NCBI GenBank assembly: GCA_934256705.1
Contig: CAKQPF010000001.1
Coordinates: forward strand, 40,850-104,849
Reading direction: 5' to 3'
DNA from: an uncultured Prevotella sp.
GTDB lineage: Bacteria; Bacteroidota; Bacteroidia; Bacteroidales; Bacteroidaceae
DNA length: 64,000 nucleotides
The position numbers and the translations under genes were made by a program. This document shows positions 9,301 through 19,888 of this stretch, in pieces (positions within the stretch are counted from its first letter, which is position 1; each line of letters opens with the position of its first letter). The notes under the pieces were generated by a model that saw only the letters and a program-made list of their open reading frames with translations, did no database searches and was not told the DNA's origin.

Positions 9301-12147
9301 TTATGCCACAGGCAGCGTGAGAGTGAAGATACTGCACTTTCCTTCCACTGACTGCACGGTGAGCGATCCGCCTATCTGGCGTGCTGTCTGGCGTGCCACG
9401 ACGAGTCCGAGACCGGTGCCCGGGATGAACTCGTCGAGCTTGACGAAGCGTTCGAAGATGGCTTCCGTCTTGTCCGGCGGTATGCCGCAGCCGGTGTCGC
9501 TGCACGAAAGGGTCAATGTTCCGCTGATATAGCGGCACGATACGGTGACGGTGCCATGGGAAGTGTATTTGGAAGCATTGCTGACCAGTTCCTCCACGAT
9601 GCTCATGATATGGCGGAAATCCACGTCGAGAGTGAGCTCGCCGTCAGGGATGTCGAGATGATAGCTTACTCCTTCCTGCAGCGGATACTCCTGGAAGAGT
9701 GTCCGGCAGGCGGTGCGGAGGGCGGAATAGACCTCTGTGGGCTCCAGGTTGACGGTCAGTCCGCTGGTGTCCATCATCGCGAGCTGGATGATGTTGTCCA
9801 TCAGTCTGATGAGGAAATGGCAGTTCTGGCGCATTATCTCCAGGTATTCATCCTTCTGCGAGTCGTCATCGGAGACCTTGAGAAGGTCAGCAAAGCCGTT
9901 GATGGCATTGAGCGGAGTGCGCAGTTCGTGGGTCATGTTGGCCATGAAGAGGGACTTCTGCCTTACGCTGTCGCGTGCTTTCTCCGTCTCCTTGCGGAGA
10001 TCTTTCTGCATGAGGATGAAGGGCGTGATGTCCTTGGCAAGGCCAAAGCCTCCCGTCACGTTGCCGTTGTCGTCATATACGGGTATGGAATTGATGGAGA
10101 ACCAGTGCGGGGAGTCGAATTTCTCGCCGCAGAATGAGCTGAGCTTGCGCGTGGCATGATAGGCTCCCTTGCTCTCCAGCATCACATCCACGGACCATGT
10201 ATCCACGTCCTCGTCGCCGTCGTTGATGAAAGTGGTCTGGTATTCCTCGCCCGTCATGAGGAAATCGTAATGCTCCCTGTCAGGTGCGACTGCCAGAAGG
10301 TCGCTCTCACGGGTATAATGGAACGGCGTGATGCGGCTCTTTTCCATGACGAAGCGCATGGAGTCCTTCACCTCTTCGAGCGCGGCAGCACGCTGCTCTA
10401 CGAGTCGCTGCAGTCTCTTGCACTCCACGTCTATGGCTCTTTCCTCCTGTTTGTGGAAGCCTATGACGACATATCCGATGTGCCTGCCGCCGCTGTCATG
10501 GACATGGCGGACACGGTATTCCACGTAATGGGCATCCTTCATGCCGGCGATGTCGGCGCAGTTGCAGGCATATATCTCCTCTTCCTTGACGAGATTGAAG
10601 TCGCGTCCACGGAAGAAAGGCAGGTCGAAGAGTCGCGTGCTCTGCATGAAACCGGCGCTTTCATCCCTTCCTCCGGGGAAGAAGAGGTGCTCGGCATTGG
10701 CATTGTTGAGCCTCATCGTGCCTTCAAGGTCATAGAATGAGATGATGGCTTCGGTCTCGTCGAATGCCTTTGAGAACGCCATATCCACGACTTCCAGTTC
10801 ATCTTCCTCGCGGATATGGTCGGTTACGTCATTGTAAGCCACGAAGACGGTGTCGGGATGACCGTGGAGGTCATGCAGTATGACGGAGCGTGATTCGAGG
10901 CTTCGGTATTCATCTCCCTTGCCGTAATGGCGCATACGGTAGGTGACGACAGGCATATCCAGCGATCCGTCATCCACCTTGGCACGGGTTTCATTCTCTA
11001 TCAGGAGGTCGTCAGGATGTATTCTCTGCTCGAATTCCTGCATGGTGATCTCGCCGTCGGGGAGGATATCACCGTGGAGATTGCGGGCACGGTAGCGCTT
11101 TGAATCGAAGGTTATCACGTCACAGTCGGACAATGCGAGCGACATATCCATGATGAAGAGATACTCCCTCCGCGCTTCCTCGATGAGAAGGTTGCGCCTT
11201 GTCACGAAGACGAAGAAGAGAACCAGGATGACGAAGATGCCTACGATGACGGATATGGCGGCAATGATGCTGAGACGCTCGTGGTCATCATCGTTTTCAG
11301 GGTCATCATCGAGCCATTTCTGTTGCGTCTTGGTTATGACATTGCTCTTCTCCAGGCGGTCGTAGATGCGGTCAAGCTCGTCGAGAAGCTGCCTGTCGGT
11401 GCTGAAGAAGCGGAATGAGCCTTCGGGGAAGTCAAGGAGTTCGTTGACGTGAATGTCGGCACCGTTGTAGTAGGTGCGCACATAATTGGTCAGCGCATGG
11501 TCGCCCCAGATATAGTATCTGCTGTTGCCGCCCATGAGCCATTCGCCCATTTTCTCCTTGCTGAGGTAGATGATGTGGAATGCGGGCTTGGTGTATTGAT
11601 TCCGGAAATATTCATCCACATAGCCGGAGTTCGCCATTGCCACCGTGTCGGTGGGGAGAAGGTCGGAGAGTTTCTGCACGCTCCGGCTGTTGGAGGTGTA
11701 TGCTATGCCTACTGTGTATGCGCCGAAGGAGCGGTTTCCGTAAGTCTGGTGAAAGTCTTCATCATTCTTCATCACCTCCATCATGAGGTGGGCTTTGCCG
11801 TTGATGACCTCAGCCTTGGCTTTTTTCCACTCCATAGGGCGGATTTCATACGGTATGTGGAGGCGGCCGAATATCTCATGCATGATGTCTATCTCAAAGC
11901 CTGAGGGCGTGCCGTCCTCGTCTGTGGATGAGTAAGGGGGGAAAGCCCAGTCCGTGACGATGATGAGGGGATGCTTCCTGGTGTATCGTATGCCGAGCGG
12001 CTGGGTGGAAGAGGAGGCCGATGTGACTGCTTCCTGCTCGGCATTGAGGGTGAAAAGCTCTGCGAGGCTCTCCTGGGCACACGCCTTCCTGCTGCCCATC
12101 AGGAGGATGAGCAGGGCTATTGCGGTGTATGTCAGGAGGTGCTTCAT
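9301..12147 (-). CDS. Sensor histidine kinase with periplasmic solute-binding (SBP_bac_3-like) domain, TM, PAS, HisKA/HATPase_c; no receiver
   Basis: Signal peptide and periplasmic domain. TM helix near aa 300. H-box MTHELRTPLNAI. G-box GTGLGL at the C-terminus. The protein ends directly after the ATPase domain. Confidence 0.85.
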   Translation of the reverse strand: MKHLLTYTAIALLILLMGSRKACAQESLAELFTLNAEQEAVTSASSSTQPLGIRYTRKHPLIIVTDWAFPPYSSTDEDGTPSGFEIDIMHEIFGRLHIPYEIRPMEWKKAKAEVINGKAHLMMEVMKNDEDFHQTYGNRSFGAYTVGIAYTSNSRSVQKLSDLLPTDTVAMANSGYVDEYFRNQYTKPAFHIIYLSKEKMGEWLMGGNSRYYIWGDHALTNYVRTYYNGADIHVNELLDFPEGSFRFFSTDRQLLDELDRIYDRLEKSNVITKTQQKWLDDDPENDDDHERLSIIAAISVIVGIFVILVLFFVFVTRRNLLIEEARREYLFIMDMSLALSDCDVITFDSKRYRARNLHGDILPDGEITMQEFEQRIHPDDLLIENETRAKVDDGSLDMPVVTYRMRHYGKGDEYRSLESRSVILHDLHGHPDTVFVAYNDVTDHIREEDELEVVDMAFSKAFDETEAIISFYDLEGTMRLNNANAEHLFFPGGRDESAGFMQSTRLFDLPFFRGRDFNLVKEEEIYACNCADIAGMKDAHYVEYRVRHVHDSGGRHIGYVVIGFHKQEERAIDVECKRLQRLVEQRAAALEEVKDSMRFVMEKSRITPFHYTRESDLLAVAPDREHYDFLMTGEEYQTTFINDGDEDVDTWSVDVMLESKGAYHATRKLSSFCGEKFDSPHWFSINSIPVYDDNGNVTGGFGLAKDITPFILMQKDLRKETEKARDSVRQKSLFMANMTHELRTPLNAINGFADLLKVSDDDSQKDEYLEIMRQNCHFLIRLMDNIIQLAMMDTSGLTVNLEPTEVYSALRTACRTLFQEYPLQEGVSYHLDIPDGELTLDVDFRHIMSIVEELVSNASKYTSHGTVTVSCRYISGTLTLSCSDTGCGIPPDKTEAIFERFVKLDEFIPGTGLGLVVARQTARQIGGSLTVQSVEGKCSIFTLTLPVA

Positions 12148-12292
12148 TTGCTTTGCTTTTTTATTAGACCCCCTCTTGTCCCCCTGTGAGGGGGAGGGTG
12201 GATACAGAGACCTCCCTTGCGTCTATTCCTCAAGACGAAGAACGTAACCTTCTTCCCCCTCACAGGGGGACAAGAGGGGGTCTTTCATTTCT

Positions 12293-15085
12293 TTATACCG
12301 CCTTCACCGGGAAGATGATAAGGGCGGAAGTGCCGTGTCCAGGCTTGGAGTCGAGGTCGATGGTGCCGTGGAGAAGGGTGAGGATGGACTTCACTATAGC
12401 CATCTCCAGCCCCGAGGTATTGTCGGAAGAGGACATCAGATTATCGACGAGGCGAGGCTGGAACACCTGCTTGAGCGATGTCTGGGGGATGATGTATTCA
12501 CCGGTCTCCACTATAATGGAGATGGTATCACGGCGATACATATACCTCATGCGGAGATATCCCGAGGATACGAAGCGGGCGAAGAGCGCTACCGTCTCGG
12601 CTATCACGCGGCGGATGAGCACGGCATCGATATGGAGCATGAGGCTCTTTTCACTCGTTTCCACGCCGTACTCCACCTTTTCGCTGCGGTATTTGTCCAC
12701 CGTCTCATGGAAAACGTCGGAGAGGAGCTGGCAGAAATCCACGTCCACGGGGTATTCCTTCATCATTCCGGCATCGATGCGGGAGAGGAAAAGCGTGTCG
12801 TCCATGAGGTAAAGCAGGCGTGAGACGTTGTCGCTGACCTTGGAGAGCTGGCCTTGCTCTACGCTCCTGTCGTCCGTCTGCGCCATGAGTTCTATGCTCT
12901 TTGCCATTCCCACGAGCGGATTGCGGACACGGTATGATATGTTGTTTATGAAACTCTGCTTGAGATTGTCGGTCTCCTTGGCGAGGGAAGTCTCCTCCGA
13001 GAGCTTCTGCTGCGACTCCACAAGGTCTGTAATGTCGGTGTGTATGCCGACATAGAGGCACACCTTGCCGTCCTTGTCGTGGACAGGCTGCATCTCCATG
13101 TGTATGTTACGGTAACAGCCGTTGCTGTAATGCGTGGTGGTGCGGTAGTTTGCAGAGACGTTTCCGTCGGTATAGCTGTCCATGAAGGTGAATATCCGGA
13201 AGAGTTCGGGCAGCGTATCGCTGGAACATTCGGCGAGCATCTGCAGCTGCGGCAGCGCAAGAGGCGCTTTCTTGTCCATTCTCGTCGTGCTGACAATCTT
13301 GGTCTTGGGGTCATATTTCCCCATTCTGGTGCCGCCGATGTCAAGGGTATAGTCGAGGTAAGCTGACTGCACGTTTATCTCCTTGAGCAGTTTCTCGCTG
13401 TCATCAGCCAGCTTCTGCGCCAGTTCCCTCTTGCCCATCAGGTCGCTTTTGTCGGAAAGGCTGACGATGAAGCCCAGCGTATTGCCCGCCTTGTCGATGA
13501 TGCGCTCCATCGATGCCTTGTAATGGAACACGGCTTCGGTCTGCCTTCTGCCTTCGTCCACGAGGACAAAGCCGTCAGGACGGTCGCTGAGAGCGATGCT
13601 ACCGGTCAGCGTCACCTTCTCTGTGGAGGCGAGCTGCGCCTCGGAGAAGAGCGTGAGATGATGGATGTTTATGCCCTTCTGCAGCGCTTTCTCCTGACTT
13701 TCCACTCCCATCAGAGTGCATGCAGCCGGGTTGATGGACGTGAGATTGCCGTCGGCATCGAATCTGTAGAGGCATGTCACTCCCGCATCAAACAGGGTGT
13801 TGCCGAGGAATGCCTTCTCCCTCTTGCTCCTGAGCTTGGCTTTTCCCTCCGTGATGTCACGCTGAATGCCGACGATGCACTTGATATGCTTGTATCCGTC
13901 GAGCATGGTTCTCATGCTTAGCTCTATGTCGAGCTGCTTGTTGATGTCGGAAAGGCAATATCCTTTCACCTGCATCATGATGGAGGAAGCGTCTCCTCTG
14001 AGCATGGCTGCGACTTTCTGGTTGATTTTCTCAAACTCATCCTTCGGATAGAAGAGCGAGAACTCGAAGGTGGAATACTGCTGTCCGGTGTCGCCATGCT
14101 TGTCCATCCATGAGTATTTGCCCGTAACGGGGTTGTAGATCCACACTTTTATCTTGTTGGCATGATTGACCAGGGCCAGCTGCAGAATGGCGTCACGGAG
14201 CCTCAGACGCATCTTCCTGCGCTTGAAATGCACTATGACGACTGCCGCCACGATGACGATAACGAAGCAGACGATGACATACCGCGCTATCATCCACACG
14301 AGAGGGACGGTCCTCTCCACCTTTTCCGGGTAGAGCCACTTGTCGAAGATTGCGTCAAGTTCATGGTTCCGGCGCATCGCTTCGAGGGCACTGTCGAGGC
14401 GTGCGAGGAGCTTTTCGTCACTGGTAACAAAGCTTGTTTCACCAATAGGGATATCCACTGTGCCGACGGAGAAGTCATGGAGATTGTATTTTCTCTTGTA
14501 ATAATTGAGCGATACTGCGTTCCAGACCACTATGCCACTGTCTGCCATGGCGAGATCCATAGCGACCTGTTCCATGTCTTCCGCCTGGGTCATGGCGTAA
14601 TCATAGCCACGGCGCGAGAGGAAACGCTGGGAAGCGCTGCCCTTATGCACGCTGAAGCGGAGGTTGTAGAGTTGCTCCTGCGTCACCCTTGTCAGGGAAT
14701 CCCTTGTCGGAGCGAGTATGCCGCCACGGAAAGTGATGATCGGGACTTTGCCGAACTGCCCGTATTGCGCGTTGTAATCCTTCCTCATGCCGATAGTCAC
14801 GTCGGCTTTTCCGCCCGTCATGTCACGCCTCACGTCGGTTGAAGGGCGGAGATTTATCTTGTAAGGTATCTGGAGACGTTCGAGGATGGTCTTTATCAGT
14901 TCGACATGCAGTCCGTCTGGCTGTCCGTCCTTGTTGATGAAGGCGAAAGGTCGGAGGTTCCATGAGTCCTCATATACGAGTGGTCTGCCTTCTGAATACC
15001 GCACATCTGTTCCTCCTGCTTCTGCTCCAACGGGGGCAAAGACAAGCATGAAGATGAGTATTATTAGCCTTGCGATATTCAGCAT
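12293..15085 (-). CDS. Sensor histidine kinase paralog (periplasmic solute-binding domain, TM, PAS, HisKA/HATPase_c; no receiver)
   Basis: Same architecture as 9301-12147. H-box SYRVRNPLVGM. C-terminal HATPase domain (GHGTSALIIFPV). Confidence 0.8.
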   Translation of the reverse strand: MLNIARLIILIFMLVFAPVGAEAGGTDVRYSEGRPLVYEDSWNLRPFAFINKDGQPDGLHVELIKTILERLQIPYKINLRPSTDVRRDMTGGKADVTIGMRKDYNAQYGQFGKVPIITFRGGILAPTRDSLTRVTQEQLYNLRFSVHKGSASQRFLSRRGYDYAMTQAEDMEQVAMDLAMADSGIVVWNAVSLNYYKRKYNLHDFSVGTVDIPIGETSFVTSDEKLLARLDSALEAMRRNHELDAIFDKWLYPEKVERTVPLVWMIARYVIVCFVIVIVAAVVIVHFKRRKMRLRLRDAILQLALVNHANKIKVWIYNPVTGKYSWMDKHGDTGQQYSTFEFSLFYPKDEFEKINQKVAAMLRGDASSIMMQVKGYCLSDINKQLDIELSMRTMLDGYKHIKCIVGIQRDITEGKAKLRSKREKAFLGNTLFDAGVTCLYRFDADGNLTSINPAACTLMGVESQEKALQKGINIHHLTLFSEAQLASTEKVTLTGSIALSDRPDGFVLVDEGRRQTEAVFHYKASMERIIDKAGNTLGFIVSLSDKSDLMGKRELAQKLADDSEKLLKEINVQSAYLDYTLDIGGTRMGKYDPKTKIVSTTRMDKKAPLALPQLQMLAECSSDTLPELFRIFTFMDSYTDGNVSANYRTTTHYSNGCYRNIHMEMQPVHDKDGKVCLYVGIHTDITDLVESQQKLSEETSLAKETDNLKQSFINNISYRVRNPLVGMAKSIELMAQTDDRSVEQGQLSKVSDNVSRLLYLMDDTLFLSRIDAGMMKEYPVDVDFCQLLSDVFHETVDKYRSEKVEYGVETSEKSLMLHIDAVLIRRVIAETVALFARFVSSGYLRMRYMYRRDTISIIVETGEYIIPQTSLKQVFQPRLVDNLMSSSDNTSGLEMAIVKSILTLLHGTIDLDSKPGHGTSALIIFPVKAV

Positions 15086-15616
15086 GATGTATTTTTTTTA
15101 AATATTAGTATGCCTTTACTGTATTTCTACGTTGACATAATCCTGTTTTTTGTCGCTAACAGGGTATCTGCCACCCCGTCGCGACGATGTTCTGATACTG
15201 TTTCTGTATTCTGGTCTTTAGTAATTAAGGCTCACCACGGAGCACTGTTTCGTCCATTCTTAGCAAGGTCAGTATATCTTTAGCGGTGTAAATATCAAGT
15301 CATTAGCCTGCCCTTCAGGCCTTGTGGACCGCTTTATGTTGTCAGATTTACATTTAATTCATTGCAAAAGTAATCAAAGTTTTCCTTTTTTCCAAACTTT
15401 TCCTTGGATATTTTAATCCCCCATTCCATTATTTTCTGCCCTTGAGGGGGTTGGGATAACGGGATGGGGGTGTTTTGTTGTCTTGTGGTCTTGTGGTTTT
15501 GTTGTTTTGTTGGTATGTTGGTAACCAACGGTAAAAGCCGTTGGCACAGTGGCGGCCAACTGAGGCAAGCCACCAAACAACCAGACAACTAAACCACAAA
15601 ACCACTAAACCACATA

Positions 15617-16372
15617 TCAGTCAGCGAGCTTAGCGCAGATGTACTCACGGTTGAGGCGAGCGATGTTGGCGATAGACTCGTTCTTAGGGCATACAGCCTC
15701 GCAGGCACGGGTGTTGGTACAGTTACCGAAGCCGAGCTCATCCATCTTGGCGATCATAGCCTTAGCACGCTTAGCAGCCTCAGGGCGACCCTGTGGGAGG
15801 AGAGCGAGCTGGCTTACCTTAGATGAAAGGAAGAGCATAGCGGAACCGTTCTTACAAGCAGCCACGCAAGCACCGCAGCCGATACATGTAGCGCAGTCCA
15901 TAGCCTCGTCAGCATTCTGCTTAGGGATGAGGATAGCGTTAGCGTCCTGAGCCTGACCTGTGCGGATAGTGTTGTAGCCACCGGCAGCGATGATCTTGTC
16001 GAATGCAGAGCGGTCAACCATGCAGTCCTTGATGACTGGGAAGCCAGCAGAGCGCCAAGGCTCTACGGTGATGGTCTCTCCGTCGTGGAAACGACGCATA
16101 TAGAGCTGACATGTAGTAGCTCCCTGCTCGGTCTTTCCGTGTGGTGTACCGTTGATATAGAGTGAGCACATACCGCAGATGCCCTCGCGGCAGTCGTGAT
16201 CGAACACGAATGGCTCCTTGCCTTCGCTGATCAACTGCTCGTTGAGCATATCGAGCATTTCAAGGAATGAAGTATCGTCAGGGATATTCTTCATCTCACG
16301 CTCTTCGAAATGACCCTTTTCCTTTGGGCCATTCTGCTTCCAATATTTTATTGTGAATGAAATGTTTGCCAT
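15617..16372 (-). CDS. frdB: Succinate dehydrogenase/fumarate reductase iron-sulfur subunit
   Basis: 2Fe-2S motif CREGICGMC and 4Fe-4S/3Fe-4S motifs CATCIGCGAC...C. 251 aa. Confidence 0.92.
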   Translation of the reverse strand: MANISFTIKYWKQNGPKEKGHFEEREMKNIPDDTSFLEMLDMLNEQLISEGKEPFVFDHDCREGICGMCSLYINGTPHGKTEQGATTCQLYMRRFHDGETITVEPWRSAGFPVIKDCMVDRSAFDKIIAAGGYNTIRTGQAQDANAILIPKQNADEAMDCATCIGCGACVAACKNGSAMLFLSSKVSQLALLPQGRPEAAKRAKAMIAKMDELGFGNCTNTRACEAVCPKNESIANIARLNREYICAKLAD

Positions 16373-16487
16373 TGTTTGTTATATGGTTGTGGGTTGTTGG
16401 TTGTGGGTTGTTGGTATATTAGTATTTACTTCTTAGGGATTTCTGGTTACAGCTTCATTCCAAGAGAAATACATATTTTGGAGTAGA

Positions 16488-16847
16488 TCAATATTTGCTT
16501 CTTGCGCTTATCAGCATCCTTAATTTCGCATTTACCTCATTGTTCATCGCTTCAAGCAACTCATATTGCGCCTTGCTGATGAATTGAAGATTATATGCCA
16601 GGATAATCTGAGTCTCCAGTTCATTGGAAGAACCGAGGGATATATATAGAAAATGTATAAGTTCAGTATTGCTGGAGCGTCCATATCCCTCTGCTATATT
16701 AGAGGTAATGGATACTGCGGCACGACGCATCTGGCTTACTAATCCATATAATTCATCACGGGGAAAACCTCTTGTGATCTGATATAGTTCAGTAGCAAAC
16801 AGCATTGCCTTTTGCCAAACTTGAAGATTTCTATAAGGTCCTAACAT
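16488..16847 (-). CDS. Four-helix-bundle protein (23S rRNA intervening-sequence protein family, TIGR02436-like)
   Basis: 119 aa. The conserved N-terminus YRNLQVWQKAMLFATELYQITRGFPRDELYGLVSQMRRAAVSITSNIAEG is diagnostic for this family. Confidence 0.85.
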   Translation of the reverse strand: MLGPYRNLQVWQKAMLFATELYQITRGFPRDELYGLVSQMRRAAVSITSNIAEGYGRSSNTELIHFLYISLGSSNELETQIILAYNLQFISKAQYELLEAMNNEVNAKLRMLISARSKY

Positions 16848-16900
16848 AAGAAGACACGTAATCTACCGATAACCAAAAACCGACAACCAAAAACCATTTG

Positions 16901-18913
16901 TTAGTTCTTATAATTTCTAGTCTGAACCTTGATTATCTCATACTCAAGTGGTTCCTTCACGAGGACAGGAGCAGTCTCGTCGTTGCCCTGGTAATCCCAG
17001 GCACCTACGTAGAAGAAGTGCTCGTCGTCACGCTTTGCCTCGCCTTCCTCGGTCTGGTGCTCCTCACGGAAGTGACCGCCACAAGACTCCTCACGGTGGA
17101 GGGCGTCGTAAGCGATGAGCTCACCCATGATGATGAAGTCGCGGAGGTGGATAGCCTTGTCAAGCTCTACGTTGAGACCTTCCTTGGTGCCTGGCACGAA
17201 GAGGTTGGTGTTGAATTCCTTGCGGAGCTCCTTCATGAGCTTCAAGCCTTCCTCAAGTCCTTCCTTGGTACGACCCATACCTACATGCTCCCAGAGGATG
17301 TGACCGAGCTCCTTGTGGATAGAGTCAACGGAACGCTTGCCCTGGATGTTGAGCAGACGTGTGAGCTCTGCGTCAACTGCCTTCTCTGCCTCTGCAAACT
17401 CTGGCATATCAGTAGAGAGACGTGGCCAGATAGACTGGTCAGCGAGGTAGTTCTGGATAGTGTAAGGGAGTACGAAGTAACCATCAGCAAGACCCTGCAT
17501 GAGAGCGGAAGCACCGAGACGGTTTGCACCGTGGTCAGAGAAGTTACACTCACCGATAGCGAAGAGGCCAGGGATTGTGGTCATAAGCTCGTAGTCCACC
17601 CAGATACCGCCCATGGTATAGTGGATAGCTGGGAAGATCATCATTGGCTTGTAGTAGTCGAAACCACCCTCTGAGCGTACGAACTCGCCTGGGTTTACGT
17701 CAGTGATTTCCTCATACATATCAAAGAGGTTACCATAACGCTGGCGGATTTCGTCGAGACCGAGACGCTGGATTGACTCAGAGAAGTCGAGGAATACAGC
17801 GAGACCGGTGTTGTTTACGCCGAAGCCCTTGTCGCAACGCTCCTTAGCGGCACGTGATGCAACGTCACGTGGCACGAGGTTACCGAATGCTGGATAGCGA
17901 CGCTCGAGATAGTAGTCACGATCCTGCTCTGGGATATCCCAGCCCTGCTTGGTGCCTGCCTGGAGAGCCTTTGCGTCCTCAAGCTTCTTTGGTACCCAGA
18001 TACGTCCGTCGTTACGGAGTGACTCAGACATAAGGGTAAGCTTGGACTGGTTGTCACCATGCACTGGAATACATGTAGGGTGGATCTGCACGTAAGAAGG
18101 GTTAGCGAACATAGCGCCCTTACGGTAGCACTGAACAGCTGCTGTACAGTTACATCCCATAGCGTTTGTAGAGAGGAAGTAAGCGTTTCCGTAGCCACCG
18201 GTAGCGATTACTACAGCGTTTGCAGAGAAGCGCTCAAGCTTGCCGGTAATGAGGTTCTTGGCGATGATACCGCGAGCACGGCCGTCGATAATTACTACGT
18301 CTTCCATCTCATAGCGGGTAAAGAGCTTTACCTTGCCAGCGTGAACCTGGCACATGAGTGAAGAGTAAGCACCGAGAAGCAACTGCTGACCGGTCTGTCC
18401 CTTTGCATAGAATGTACGTGATACCTGTGCACCGCCGAATGAACGGTTGGCGAGCATGCCGCCGTACTCACGTGCGAATGGTACACCCTGTGCCACGCAC
18501 TGGTCGATGATATTATTTGATACCTCTGCAAGACGATATACGTTAGCCTCACGTGCACGGTAGTCACCGCCCTTTACTGTATCATAGAAGAGGCGATATA
18601 CTGAGTCACCGTCATTCTGATAGCACTTGGCTGCATTGATACCACCCTGTGCTGCGATAGAGTGAGCACGACGTGGAGAGTCCTGGATGCAGAAGTTCAA
18701 TACATTGAAGCCCATCTCGCCGAGTGAACTTGCAGCGCTGGCACCTGCCAGACCGGTTCCTACTACGATAATGTCGAGCTTCAGTTTGTTCTTAGGGTTT
18801 ACCAGACGCTGGTGTGCCTTGAATTCGGTCCACTTCTGTGCTACTGGTCCTTCTGGTATTCTTGAATTTAAAACTTTAGTCATTTTTGTCTTTGATTTTT
18901 GCAGTTTCGTCAT
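16901..18913 (-). CDS. frdA: Fumarate reductase/succinate dehydrogenase flavoprotein subunit
   Basis: FAD-binding [15 protein letters not shown] and the catalytic HYTMGG motif. The true start may be the second Met ([12 protein letters not shown], coordinate 18883). Confidence 0.93.
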   Translation of the reverse strand: MTKLQKSKTKMTKVLNSRIPEGPVAQKWTEFKAHQRLVNPKNKLKLDIIVVGTGLAGASAASSLGEMGFNVLNFCIQDSPRRAHSIAAQGGINAAKCYQNDGDSVYRLFYDTVKGGDYRAREANVYRLAEVSNNIIDQCVAQGVPFAREYGGMLANRSFGGAQVSRTFYAKGQTGQQLLLGAYSSLMCQVHAGKVKLFTRYEMEDVVIIDGRARGIIAKNLITGKLERFSANAVVIATGGYGNAYFLSTNAMGCNCTAAVQCYRKGAMFANPSYVQIHPTCIPVHGDNQSKLTLMSESLRNDGRIWVPKKLEDAKALQAGTKQGWDIPEQDRDYYLERRYPAFGNLVPRDVASRAAKERCDKGFGVNNTGLAVFLDFSESIQRLGLDEIRQRYGNLFDMYEEITDVNPGEFVRSEGGFDYYKPMMIFPAIHYTMGGIWVDYELMTTIPGLFAIGECNFSDHGANRLGASALMQGLADGYFVLPYTIQNYLADQSIWPRLSTDMPEFAEAEKAVDAELTRLLNIQGKRSVDSIHKELGHILWEHVGMGRTKEGLEEGLKLMKELRKEFNTNLFVPGTKEGLNVELDKAIHLRDFIIMGELIAYDALHREESCGGHFREEHQTEEGEAKRDDEHFFYVGAWDYQGNDETAPVLVKEPLEYEIIKVQTRNYKN

Positions 18914-18981
18914 GTTGCCGTTCCGTCAGCCTCGCGGGGCGTGGGGGATGGCGCTACGACCAAACAACTATTTTTTCAACG

Positions 18982-19659
18982 TTAGCAGCAACCGAAGAGA
19001 TTGCAAGCGAAGAAGTAGAGCACTACTACTGCGAAGCCGGCAAAGAGCAGGGTAGCATAAGCGATGCTGATTACCTTCCAGCGGCAGAACCATGTCTTGC
19101 CGTTCCAACCCATTGTCTGGATAGCGCTCCAGAAACCGTGGGTCAGGTGGAACCAGAGTGCACCGAGCCAGATGAGATACAGGATAACATAGATAGGCTG
19201 GCTGAATGTCTCGCGAATCCAGTGAACACCGTCAGCAGCAAAAATAGTGTTGCCGCCAGGGAGAAGCTCCTGAGCCATCATGTTCCACCAGAAATTGTAG
19301 AGGTGGAGCAGAAGACCTACCAGCACGATGATACCGAGAACGAGCATGTTCTGAGATGCCCACTCCACCTTGGAAGGCTTGTCAACGACTTCATAACCAT
19401 CGGTACCACGAGCCTTGCGGTTCTGTGCGGTAAGGATGAAAGCATACAGGATGTGAAGCACTGCCAATGCTGCAAGACCCAATGTAGCTGCTACGGCATA
19501 CCAGTTGGCACCGAGCATCTCACAGATCATGTTGTAGCCTTCTTCTGAGAAAAGCGCCACCACGTTCATTGACATGTGGAATGTTAAGAACAGGATGAGG
19601 GCCATACCTGTCAATGACATTACAACCTTCCTTCCGATTGATGAATTAAATAACCACAT
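18982..19659 (-). CDS. frdC: Fumarate reductase cytochrome b subunit (Bacteroides-type membrane anchor)
   Basis: 225 aa with 5 TM helices carrying conserved His. First gene of the frdC-frdA-(4HB)-frdB transcription unit. Confidence 0.85.
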   Translation of the reverse strand: MWLFNSSIGRKVVMSLTGMALILFLTFHMSMNVVALFSEEGYNMICEMLGANWYAVAATLGLAALAVLHILYAFILTAQNRKARGTDGYEVVDKPSKVEWASQNMLVLGIIVLVGLLLHLYNFWWNMMAQELLPGGNTIFAADGVHWIRETFSQPIYVILYLIWLGALWFHLTHGFWSAIQTMGWNGKTWFCRWKVISIAYATLLFAGFAVVVLYFFACNLFGCC

Positions 19660-19888
19660 AAATGATAGTTGTTTTGATTAAAAAAAAGTTATTAAATTGA
19701 TGTTTTTTGATATTTTTCTGCAACAAAGGGGCAATCCTCATTTTTACTGCCGACAACGCATCATCGACCAATAAGGACACATAATATTATATAAACGACT
19801 ACAAAATTAGTAATTTTTAATTAAAAGACAAACTTTTCCTCTTGAAAATTCAAAATTTCTTGTTAATTTTGCCGAAAATTTCAAGAAA

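Noticed and set aside
15334-15588. 84-aa ORF in the frdB-HK intergenic region
   Set aside because: It is driven by the acaacaaaacaacc-type simple repeats. The translation is low complexity (Q/N/T-rich).
16898-17674. 258-aa + strand ORF inside frdA
   Set aside because: It is antisense to the highly conserved flavoprotein gene. It has no motifs and its codon usage mirrors frdA.
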